14,573 bases of DNA from a virus (lineage: Duplodnaviria > Heunggongvirae > Uroviricota > Caudoviricetes): the IMG/VR virus record IMGVR_UViG_2645727715_000004; one strand, 5' to 3'. Below, one piece after another: positions 1 to 7,559 of this stretch. Each line of letters begins with the position of its first letter. The first letter of the stretch is position 1. The notes beneath the pieces were generated by a model, which was not told the DNA's origin, searched no databases, and worked only from the letters and a program-made list of their open reading frames with translations. The position numbers were made by a program, and so were the translations under genes.

Positions 1-320
1 ATATCCGGAGTAATCCATGCATCGTATAGACACGAAAACCGCGCAGAAGGATAAGTTCGGCGCGGGTAAGAACGGTTTTACCCGTGGTAACCCCCAGATC
101 GGCACGCCTGCCACCGATCTGGATGATGACTACTTTGACATGTTGCAGGAGGAGCTTTGCAGCGTTGTGGAGGCGTCCGGTGCCAGCCTGGAGAAGGGGC
201 GGCACGACCAGCTACTTACCGCGCTTCGCGCGCTGCTGTTAAGCCGCAAGAATCCGTTTGGCGATATCAAATCGGATGGCACGGTGAAAACGGCTCTCGA
301 AAACCTTGGTTTGGGAGAAG
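1..320. repeat. Left arm of a 320-bp perfect inverted repeat; carries the RBS and first 101 codons of the tail-fibre gene; outer end coincides with the window edge
   Basis: Reverse complement of 2194..2513 checked base by base at both ends and over 1..114; ORF-track translations at 17..445(+) and 1697..2497(-) are identical for 101 aa. Identity ends at 320/2194. Confidence 0.95.
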
Positions 321-681
321 CGGCAAAACGGGATGTGGGTAACGGGCAAAACCAAATTCCTGATATGTCAGCGTGGGAGTGTGGGGGAGATACAACGACG
401 GGATGGAGGCGAAGCCGGATGGTTATATTGAACAATGGGGGCTAACTGGGGCCACAACAAATGAAGTTTTGATTAATTTTCCTATCCCATTTCCGACAGC
501 CGTCATTTCTATTAATGAACATGACCAGGCTCCTGTGGCAGGGAAAATGTCAGTATGGCAATTCTATAAATTGACTAACTCAAATGTCATAGCAGAGAAC
601 CTGGGATCTCTTGATAAAGGAAATCCATCCTTCAATGTTCCAACTGTCGCTGGTTGCCGCTGGTTTGCTACAGGAAGATAA
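17..681 (+). CDS. Alternative tail fibre protein (S'-like): shared 101-aa N-terminus plus a distinct C-terminal domain; reading frame interrupted by an apparent 1-nt deletion somewhere in 364..445
   Basis: ORF 17..445 shares its N-terminus with the minus-strand fibre; ORF 373..681 (frame open from 364) continues in the -1 frame with a plausible fibre-tip sequence; SD GGAG 7 nt upstream of the ATG at 17; stop TAA 679..681 immediately before the Tfa' start. Confidence 0.6.
294..319 (+). other. Candidate serine-invertase crossover site (hix/gix/cix-like), left copy
   Basis: CTCTCGAAAACC-TT-GGTTTGGGAGAA: 12-bp imperfect half-sites around a 2-bp core with the AAACC/GGTTT core of Hin/Gin/Cin/Pin sites (compare hixL TTCTTGAAAACCAAGGTTTTTGATAA, from memory). 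Lies at the inner boundary of the repeat. Confidence 0.55.
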
Positions 682-682
682 A

Positions 683-1123
683 ATGAGTAAATATCTTTAC
701 GATGCTAAAACTAATATGTTTTACCCATTTACTCTGGAAAGTCAGTATAAGGAGTCTGGGTTATGGCCTCATAATGGAGTTGAAGTTGATGAGGATATAT
801 TTATTAAGTACCTGTCCCCACCTCCAGGGAAGGTGAGAGTTGCGGGTGATGATGGCTATCCTGCATGGGATGACGTACCGCCGCTAACTCATGAAGAACA
901 ACTGTCAGAAGCGGAACGAAAAAAACAGACACTCATAAATCGAGTTAATGAATATATTAACAGTAAGCAGTGGCCAGGAAAGGCTGCTATTGGTCGTCTG
1001 AAAGGTGAGGAACTGGCGCAATATAATTCATGGCTTAATTATCTGGACGCACTGGAAATGGTTGATATTTCCAGTGCTCCAGATATTGAATGGCCTACGC
1101 CTCCGGCTGTTCAGGCCAGATGA
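683..1123 (+). CDS. Tail fibre assembly protein (Tfa/U'-like chaperone) for the alternative fibre
   Basis: ATG at 683, two nt after the fibre stop; N-terminus MSKYLYDAKTNMFYPF and C-terminal motif SAPDIEWP are typical of the enterobacterial phage Tfa family. The 611 start of the ORF track overlaps the fibre frame and is rejected. Confidence 0.75.
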   Translation: MSKYLYDAKTNMFYPFTLESQYKESGLWPHNGVEVDEDIFIKYLSPPPGKVRVAGDDGYPAWDDVPPLTHEEQLSEAERKKQTLINRVNEYINSKQWPGKAAIGRLKGEELAQYNSWLNYLDALEMVDISSAPDIEWPTPPAVQAR

Positions 1124-1697
1124 TATCCGGCGCGGTGCTGGTATCTGTTGCCGTCACCGCGTCAATGTAATCCAGCACGGCGTTAAGTCGGGTTGTTTCT
1201 GCCTGCGTCAGCTTCCGCCCGGCCTGCAATTTCAGTTGAATCAGACTGATGGAAGCCATTGCAGCATCAATCAGCGACTGGCGCTGTGCTTCTGCCGCTT
1301 CTACTGCGGCGCTATGCTGTGCCTCGGTATCCGTCACCCATTTCTCACCATCCCATTTATCGTATGGCGTTAACGGGGCGATAGTGGTTGTATTTTCAGG
1401 ATAATCACCCGGAGCTGTGATTTCTTTCGATTCTCCTGTTTCGGTGCTATAGATGATTTCACCGCGATGGTCTGGCACATATTCCCATGAGTTAAAATCT
1501 GCAGAACGGCAGATTGCATAACCAGCTTTATGTGTAACTGGTGCATCTAAACAAGAACATGCCGGGATACCGACGCCAACCGCAAGATATTCAGTTGATG
1601 TGGAAATATATTCCCGCGTTTCACCATCATAATTATAAATGGTAATGACTCCCGCTTTTATGGCAATGAGTTCGTTATTTAATACGGCTTTATTCAT
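1095..1697 (-). CDS. Tail fibre assembly protein (Tfa/U-like chaperone)
   Basis: 200-aa ORF directly downstream of the fibre gene; C-terminal motif DTSTAPDIIWPEQP resembles the conserved Tfa C-terminus of E. coli prophage TfaE/TfaR-type proteins (from memory). Confidence 0.8.
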   Translation of the reverse strand: MNKAVLNNELIAIKAGVITIYNYDGETREYISTSTEYLAVGVGIPACSCLDAPVTHKAGYAICRSADFNSWEYVPDHRGEIIYSTETGESKEITAPGDYPENTTTIAPLTPYDKWDGEKWVTDTEAQHSAAVEAAEAQRQSLIDAAMASISLIQLKLQAGRKLTQAETTRLNAVLDYIDAVTATDTSTAPDIIWPEQPEA

Positions 1698-2497
1698 CAG
1701 GCAGCCCTCACGATATAATTAAAGGCAATGTTACGAGGACGGTTTTCGTTTGCAGTTGGAACAATTCTTGAAGCATCAAGGCCAATCACTTTTGGGTAAA
1801 CAGCGCCATCTGTTCTTTCTGTCACCATACTTCTGATTAAGGAGAAATAACTATTGTTCGTTGAGGGGTTCAAAGGCACTACTGCCCCCTTAAACGAGCC
1901 TACTGATTCCCATATTGAATAATTTTCGGTGTTTACAGTCTTGAACTCACCATAGATATTACGTATGGCATCGCCCTGAGCGGATAATATTGCCCTCCCC
2001 GTATCCATACCACGTCCGTCATCCCAGCCACGAATAAACTCACCACGTAAATCAGGCAATTTATTTGTCGGGTAAGCCTTTGCCAGCTCCGGGTATTCTT
2101 CAGCAGAAAAAGCTGCTCCGTTGCATTTCAGCCAGCCTGTTGGCGGAGTGGCTGAAGGCCACGGAACAGGCACCCCAACAGGTAATGCAGAGCCTTCTCC
2201 CAAACCAAGGTTTTCGAGAGCCGTTTTCACCGTGCCATCCGATTTGATATCGCCAAACGGATTCTTGCGGCTTAACAGCAGCGCGCGAAGCGCGGTAAGT
2301 AGCTGGTCGTGCCGCCCCTTCTCCAGGCTGGCACCGGACGCCTCCACAACGCTGCAAAGCTCCTCCTGCAACATGTCAAAGTAGTCATCATCCAGATCGG
2401 TGGCAGGCGTGCCGATCTGGGGGTTACCACGGGTAAAACCGTTCTTACCCGCGCCGAACTTATCCTTCTGCGCGGTTTTCGTGTCTATACGATGCAT
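1697..2497 (-). CDS. Tail fibre protein (S-like), currently operon-linked orientation
   Basis: 266-aa ORF; constant N-terminus of 101 aa inside the repeat, then a [22 protein letters not shown] collar-like segment and C-terminal tip; start overlaps the gp48-like stop. Confidence 0.85.
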   Translation of the reverse strand: MHRIDTKTAQKDKFGAGKNGFTRGNPQIGTPATDLDDDYFDMLQEELCSVVEASGASLEKGRHDQLLTALRALLLSRKNPFGDIKSDGTVKTALENLGLGEGSALPVGVPVPWPSATPPTGWLKCNGAAFSAEEYPELAKAYPTNKLPDLRGEFIRGWDDGRGMDTGRAILSAQGDAIRNIYGEFKTVNTENYSIWESVGSFKGAVVPLNPSTNNSYFSLIRSMVTERTDGAVYPKVIGLDASRIVPTANENRPRNIAFNYIVRAA

Positions 2498-2513
2498 GGA
2501 TTACTCCGGATAT
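2194..2513. repeat. Right arm of the 320-bp inverted repeat; the operon-proximal tail-fibre 5' end plus the last 16 nt of the upstream gp48-like gene
   Basis: Exact reverse complement of 1..320; at 2514 it continues into gp48-like coding sequence that is unique in the window. Confidence 0.95.
2195..2220 (-). other. Candidate serine-invertase crossover site, right copy in inverted orientation
   Basis: Reverse complement of 2195..2220 is identical to 294..319. Confidence 0.55.
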
Positions 2514-3085
2514 TTAAAAATTACGTAGGTATGCGACGGGCAGAGTTTGTTAAGCACACATTCGACAACTGTGTCGCCCCAGATACGCAGTGCGGAATCA
2601 CAGGGATCGCCACATGTCATCCAGGTGGTGTTGGTGGCGGCTGGCATGTTGACCTGCCAGTAATACCGCCATTCAGGCGCGTTCACAGCGTCAGTACAGG
2701 CCGATGAGCAGGTGAACGTGCTTTTGTCGTATCGCGTGATGGTGGCATCTGGTCTGCCCAGGGCAGCAAGCTGTGCAAGATAAAAATCCTCGTTGATGCC
2801 GCCCGCCAGGTTAACCTTCGCATCCAGCCGTTGCTGACGCTGGCGAAGGGTCTGTGTCCCTGCGGGAATACATTCATCCGGCAGACCGCACAGACGCTCC
2901 CAGCGGTTTATCAGTTCAGTGGTGGTGCGCGGATCCAGCTCCCGCATCAGGGCATCCGCACGCTGATGAACGCGGGTTAATGACGGTGCCGCACCGGCAA
3001 TCGCCGGATCGCTGGCTGACCACGCCGGACCGGGGGGCAACAGTGCCGACAACAGACGGATGTAATCATCGTTTGTCACGTCCAT
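2501..3085 (-). CDS. Baseplate/tail protein, Mu gp48-like (P2 gpI-like family)
   Basis: 194-aa ORF in the conserved position between the J-like baseplate gene and the fibre; start overlaps the upstream gene's stop. Confidence 0.65.
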   Translation of the reverse strand: MDVTNDDYIRLLSALLPPGPAWSASDPAIAGAAPSLTRVHQRADALMRELDPRTTTELINRWERLCGLPDECIPAGTQTLRQRQQRLDAKVNLAGGINEDFYLAQLAALGRPDATITRYDKSTFTCSSACTDAVNAPEWRYYWQVNMPAATNTTWMTCGDPCDSALRIWGDTVVECVLNKLCPSHTYVIFKYPE

Positions 3086-4134
3086 GAAATCGTCCCCAGT
3101 ACCGCCAGTTCATTTTTTGCAATGGAGATATTGTCTGCCGGTGCAAGCAACTGATGGCTGTATTCCCCGTTCGCACCGGAAATCGCCTCACTGATACGCG
3201 ATACCTTCAGTTCTCCCTGCGGATAACCATCACGCAGCAGGAACGAACGCAACTCCGCGGTGATGGCAGCCCGTATTTCCGGTGTGTCTGGCGTTACGCG
3301 GATATGAAAATCCACCGTATGCGCCACCGGCCTGAACACATACAAATCAGAGCCTGCCACCGGGGCCAGTGGCTCAATGTGTTGTCTTGCCGCCGTTTCC
3401 GTTGATTCTTCCGGAATGGGATTAATCAGGTCACTGCTGGCAATCATCACACCGACAGTTCCCGTTCCCATCCAGTGACGGTATGTCCATGCGCGGGTAA
3501 TGCCGGGCACTTCTTTAGCCCAGACGACATAGTCCCCGTCAGCCCCGCCCTGAGGCGTCCAGTAATACCGCTCAATGACGCGGGCGCGCCACGTTTCCAG
3601 ATCTTCAGTATCGAATCCGCCAGTCAGGGTATCTGCAACACCGGAAGACGGCAGACCATTCACCGGCGTGACCAGGATTAATGCCGTACCGTCGTCAGCG
3701 TTACCGACCGCGCCTGCACTTGAGCAAGTGATCGGCACGCGCAGGACACCACCGGAGCTGGTTGCATCAGCAGTTGCCGTGTATTGAACCAGGTCAGCGC
3801 GCTGAATCACGCTCCCGGCGGTCACCTTCAGGCCATCGCTGACACCTTCCCAGCGCATATACCCGCTGGCAGCCGTGGCCCCCTTGCGCGGACACCGTTT
3901 CATCGCAGCATGTCGCGCCAGCCAGGACGCATCGCACAGGTCAGGCAGCATGTTCATTGCCAGATAATCGATGTACCCGTAAACCGTATGCAGCGCCGCC
4001 GCATACACCTTTGCCCGCACGTCTTCATCCATGCGCCGGAGCGTGTCGCTGACGTCCAGCCTGGCGAATAAATCGTTACGGAGCATACTGATATTTTCTG
4101 CCAGCGTCGGGCGCTGAAATTCACTGTCCGCCAT
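3076..4134 (-). CDS. Baseplate J-like protein (Mu gp47-like)
   Basis: 352-aa ORF; size and position match the baseplate wedge J family in Mu-like tail modules. Confidence 0.75.
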   Translation of the reverse strand: MADSEFQRPTLAENISMLRNDLFARLDVSDTLRRMDEDVRAKVYAAALHTVYGYIDYLAMNMLPDLCDASWLARHAAMKRCPRKGATAASGYMRWEGVSDGLKVTAGSVIQRADLVQYTATADATSSGGVLRVPITCSSAGAVGNADDGTALILVTPVNGLPSSGVADTLTGGFDTEDLETWRARVIERYYWTPQGGADGDYVVWAKEVPGITRAWTYRHWMGTGTVGVMIASSDLINPIPEESTETAARQHIEPLAPVAGSDLYVFRPVAHTVDFHIRVTPDTPEIRAAITAELRSFLLRDGYPQGELKVSRISEAISGANGEYSHQLLAPADNISIAKNELAVLGTISWT

Positions 4135-4550
4135 GCGTTATCGCACTCCACAGATCATCAAAAGAAATCATTACCGGTCCGTCACGACGCCAGAGGGTGA
4201 TACTGTTACCCAGCTCATTAATCCCGGTGCGGCGGATATCCAGATCAATACGGGACACCACGCCGTCATCAGTCATCCATTGGAGGCATTCGCGGATATA
4301 CCCCCTTACTGTCTGCACCAGCTGATTGGTCAGTTTGCTGCGCTGAAGCAGCCACAGTCGGGAGCCGTAACGGTCATTCTGTCACCGCAGGCCAGGTATC
4401 CCCCCACCATCCCATCGGGACGTCGGCGTTGTCATCAGGCTCCGCCCGCCGCCAGGTAAACAGGGAAATCACCACGGCGCGGGTCAGCGGATCCAGCGGT
4501 GCGCTGGCGCAGGTGCGTTTACCGTTCACCGTCAGCCACAGTTCCATCAT
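4121..4550 (-). CDS. Baseplate protein, Mu gp46-like (gp25/GPW-like), interrupted by a frameshift near 4374..4382
   Basis: ATG at 4550 opens a 58-codon frame ending TGA at about 4376; the +1 frame continues (QNDRYGSRLWLLQRSKLTNQLVQTVRGY...) to the stop at 4121. Combined length about 143 aa matches the family. Confidence 0.55.
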
Positions 4551-5095
4551 GCCTCCATCGCTTTATCAGGTTTGTCGGTGTTACTGCCCTGACCGTTCTC
4601 TCTGTGACGATGCCCGTTATAGGCAAGCCGCATCGCTGACATGGTAGTGCCGCCGGAGTCGCACAGGTCTTTCACCTGTCCGGTCACTTCCAGGTCCATT
4701 TCAAAACGTGCTTCAGGTGCATTGCGAAACGTGATCGTTTTCCCTGCACCGTCCACCACGATCCCTTCCCGGGTCAGTGTCACGGACTGCCCCTGATCGT
4801 CATAGACAGCCACCTCCCCCGTCTGCAGCCCTTTCAGGCGGTAGCGCCGGTCCGACACCGTAACAACCACCGCATGAGAACGGTCGCCATCCGGAAACAA
4901 CACCACCGCTTCCGCACCGCTGTTTGCCCTTGCGGTAAAACCGTAGGGTTCAAGATGCTCAACCCTGGCTTTGGGTTCACCGGCAATCAGGGACACATCC
5001 ACGGTCTGACATTTCGTGGCGGCACTGATGCTTTTCACCACTGCCCGCCCAATCAGGCCGAGGAGTTGTCGCTGCATGGCTTCAATCGTCCTCAT
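4547..5095 (-). CDS. Baseplate assembly protein V-like / spike (Mu gp45-like)
   Basis: 182-aa ORF; start overlaps the P-like stop (ATGA); size and position fit the gpV family. Confidence 0.75.
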   Translation of the reverse strand: MRTIEAMQRQLLGLIGRAVVKSISAATKCQTVDVSLIAGEPKARVEHLEPYGFTARANSGAEAVVLFPDGDRSHAVVVTVSDRRYRLKGLQTGEVAVYDDQGQSVTLTREGIVVDGAGKTITFRNAPEARFEMDLEVTGQVKDLCDSGGTTMSAMRLAYNGHRHRENGQGSNTDKPDKAMEA

Positions 5096-6174
5096 CAGAA
5101 CGGGTCCTCCTGTACTCTGGCTTTTTTCTTTTTCCGCGCACCGGGATCTTCGGGTTCAGGCAGATAAGCATCAGGCGGGCCGACACGGATTTCCGTCAGG
5201 GTGCCGTTCTGGTCCTGAGTAAACGTGACTTCCGAGACAAGCAGTTCGGTATTGTCGAAACCACAGACCGGATCGAAGACAATCACCCGCTGGTTGGGCT
5301 GCCACAGCGTACCGTTACCCTGTCGCCAGCCCTGCACCACATAGGTGGTTTCATCCGTCCGCGCCGCCCGTTGTCGGGCTTCAAAGTCAGCACGGGCAAT
5401 ACAGCCTGCCCCCGTGGCCTGCCCTGTCTGCCTGATATACATCGGACGGTAACGGGCAATAAATGCGTCCTCTGTGCGGGCCCGCAGCGCGGTGGTGGTG
5501 GCCTCACCGAAATCATCGTCGTTTCCGGCACGCTGCCCCGCCACCTGGTAAACAGAAAACCGCTCCCGGATACTCTTCTCCGTATCGCAGGAAAGGATGT
5601 TTTCCCCAAGTACCAGCGCGGTATGTGCCCGCGTTGAGCCAATACCGCCAATCACCAGCCTGCCGTGCGGGTCGTCGTAAGCCAGCGCCTGCTGCTGACC
5701 GAGTATTTTGTTGATCACCTCAATCACCGTTTCACCGTGATCAGGCTGGACATCAGGAATAACACCAGACGGCGCACCGCTGTTCACCACCTCAATGCCG
5801 AAAGGCGCAGCAAGCGCCTGCGCAATCTGAACCAGCGATCGTCCGTTAAACTGTGTCGGTTCGGCTGCACAGTCAATCAGGTCAGCGGTCAGACTACGCC
5901 CAGCAATACCGGTGCTGACCGAACGGGCATCGTAACGAACGGGAGTCGCCTCCACCCAGCCGGTGATCACCAGCTCATCACCAATCAGCACTTCCACTTT
6001 TGAACCGTTTTTAATACGCGGCTGAAGCGTGGTGATACCCTCATCTCCCGGCCACTGGCGGGTGATCTCCACACTGAAATCCCGCGTCAGCCGTTCAATA
6101 CCGGCACCGATGCGCACCGATGTCCAGCCATTCCACTCCCGGCCATTTACCCGTAGCGTGACGTTATCATTCAT
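5095..6174 (-). CDS. Tail protein, Mu P-like (P2 gpD-like baseplate hub)
   Basis: 359-aa ORF, N-terminus MNDNVTLRVNGREWNGWTSVRIG typical of Mu P / gpD-like tail proteins; follows the N-like gene as in Mu. Confidence 0.75.
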   Translation of the reverse strand: MNDNVTLRVNGREWNGWTSVRIGAGIERLTRDFSVEITRQWPGDEGITTLQPRIKNGSKVEVLIGDELVITGWVEATPVRYDARSVSTGIAGRSLTADLIDCAAEPTQFNGRSLVQIAQALAAPFGIEVVNSGAPSGVIPDVQPDHGETVIEVINKILGQQQALAYDDPHGRLVIGGIGSTRAHTALVLGENILSCDTEKSIRERFSVYQVAGQRAGNDDDFGEATTTALRARTEDAFIARYRPMYIRQTGQATGAGCIARADFEARQRAARTDETTYVVQGWRQGNGTLWQPNQRVIVFDPVCGFDNTELLVSEVTFTQDQNGTLTEIRVGPPDAYLPEPEDPGARKKKKARVQEDPF

Positions 6175-7499
6175 AGCACTGGCACCTTCAGAGGGATCAC
6201 CGGCACAAAGCCGGGATGCGTAATGGCATTACGCCGGATAATGTCCGCGTCACGCGCCGCGTTATCAAACCAGGTCGCCGCCAGCACCAGCGCGGGTAAG
6301 ACCTCATCCGGCGTGCGCTGAATGATCCGTGCAGACTGTTCAAGGCGCGTGTTGATATCCGCATTCAGATCTGCTTTCACCCGGCGCAGCGCCAGAAACA
6401 GCGCATCACTGGTTGTACGGGACAACTCCTTATCAATTGCCGTATTCAGTGTGTCGCGAATGTCAGTCAGTTCTTCCCACGTCGGCAGGTCAACCGTGTT
6501 TTTCACCGCCGGTGCATTGTTCAGTGCCGGATGCGTGACGGAAGGCCAGCCGGTGCTCTGCGCGGGTGTTGTTGACTGCCCCACTGCGGCATTCTGCATC
6601 ACCGCGGAAATTGTTGGCGCAGGCAATCGGGTGATGGCATACGCCGCTTCGCTGATTGCGGTCGTACGAAGGGTGCTGGCAACCACGTTACGCTGCTGCG
6701 TTGCCGTGGCGGTGGTTTTACTGTCCGTTTTCCAGACGCCGCGCGGTTGCAGATCGCTGCCGAGGCTGACACCAGAAAGCGTTTTGATCATGGTGACCAG
6801 GTCGCTGGCGTTACCATAAAGGCGCTTCCCGGTACGCCACATTTTCTGCACCTGCTCAACGAAATTTTTTCCTGACGATGGCGGCGGCAGAAGTACCGAG
6901 ATATCCCCCTGCAACAGCCTGGCGGCATCCGATACGGCAGAATCCACCACTTTCATCGCATCAGAAACATACCCCAGCATTGTGCTGGCATTACCGATAA
7001 CGTCGTTCTGTACGAAACCCGCCACGCCATCGATACTGAAACCACTGAAGCTGTCACTGATGCAGTCATCCAGCGCAGAACAGGATGACATCAGCGTCTG
7101 CGCCGTCGCCGCGCCTGATGTGGGGTAAGAGAGTTCTCCCGCTTCGACAAACTTCAGGTCAAAGCGGACAATACGCCCTTCACTCTTCGATGTGCTGACC
7201 CGAACTTCCCCGTCAACACAGACTTTCAGCTCACCGTATGTCGGGTGGACAAGCATGCCGGGACCGGGTTTATTCAGCGCTTCAATCAGGCGATCGCGCT
7301 GGTCAAAGCAGTCATCTCCCACCACATAAGCCGTGATGGACGGGCGGAAAGTGATTTTCCCCAGGTCTTCGGTATAGGGTTTGTCGCGGTTCGGGTATTC
7401 GTGTGTTTCCACACGACGACCGGTTCCCGCACTTTCTTCTTCAACCTTAAACGGCACACCGCGAAATGACGCGTCCTGAAGTCTGTCTTTCCACGTCAT
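6171..7499 (-). CDS. DNA circularisation protein N-like (Mu gpN family)
   Basis: N-terminus MTWKDRLQDASFRGVPFKVEEES is characteristic of Mu N-like proteins. Start placed at the ATG at 7499 rather than the 7541 start of the ORF track, which would run into the terminator hairpin. Confidence 0.8.
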   Translation of the reverse strand: MTWKDRLQDASFRGVPFKVEEESAGTGRRVETHEYPNRDKPYTEDLGKITFRPSITAYVVGDDCFDQRDRLIEALNKPGPGMLVHPTYGELKVCVDGEVRVSTSKSEGRIVRFDLKFVEAGELSYPTSGAATAQTLMSSCSALDDCISDSFSGFSIDGVAGFVQNDVIGNASTMLGYVSDAMKVVDSAVSDAARLLQGDISVLLPPPSSGKNFVEQVQKMWRTGKRLYGNASDLVTMIKTLSGVSLGSDLQPRGVWKTDSKTTATATQQRNVVASTLRTTAISEAAYAITRLPAPTISAVMQNAAVGQSTTPAQSTGWPSVTHPALNNAPAVKNTVDLPTWEELTDIRDTLNTAIDKELSRTTSDALFLALRRVKADLNADINTRLEQSARIIQRTPDEVLPALVLAATWFDNAARDADIIRRNAITHPGFVPVIPLKVPVL

Positions 7500-7514
7500 A
7501 TAAACTCCGTACAT

Positions 7515-7536
7515 AAAAAATCCCACCGGAGTGGGA
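7515..7536 (-). terminator. Possible weak intrinsic terminator / attenuator between tape measure and N-like gene
   Basis: On the minus strand: 6-bp stem TCCCAC/GTGGGA with 4-nt loop, followed directly by TTTTTT (plus-strand A-run 7515..7520), in a 60-bp intergenic gap. Confidence 0.4.
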
Positions 7537-7559
7537 CTCATTAACAGATTAATTTTTCA

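Larger units (their letters stand above)
321..2193. other. Putative invertible tail-fibre segment (Mu G-segment / P1 C-segment analogue) holding two convergent fibre C-terminus + chaperone cassettes
   Basis: Bounded by the inverted repeats; contains the S'-like C-terminus and Tfa' on + and Tfa and the S-like C-terminus on -; interior is visibly AT-richer than the flanks. Confidence 0.7.

Noticed and set aside
130-435. Minus-strand ORF 130..435 and its twins 2121..2384(+), 157..342(+) and 2100..2357(-)
   Set aside because: They lie antisense or out of frame inside the tail-fibre N-terminus and appear twice only because of the inverted repeat; low-complexity, Arg/Ser-rich translations typical of spurious frames in GC-rich coding DNA.
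611-682. Longer Tfa' start at 611 as given in the ORF track
   Set aside because: It overlaps the fibre reading frame by 70 nt; the ATG at 683 directly follows the fibre stop and gives a canonical Tfa N-terminus.
1005-1373. Plus-strand ORF 1005..1373 (122 aa)
   Set aside because: Antisense to the Tfa gene and out of frame with the end of Tfa'; Cys/Arg-rich translation with no protein-like character.
2309-7469. Plus-strand ORFs inside baseplate, hub and N-like genes (2309..2707, 3784..4071, 4133..4459, 5665..6003, 6322..6819, 7245..7469)
   Set aside because: Antisense to coding genes with no start context or homology-like features; treated as shadow ORFs.
7500-7541. Upstream start at 7541 for the N-like gene
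   Set aside because: The extension would run through the terminator-like hairpin; the conserved N-terminus begins at the ATG at 7499.
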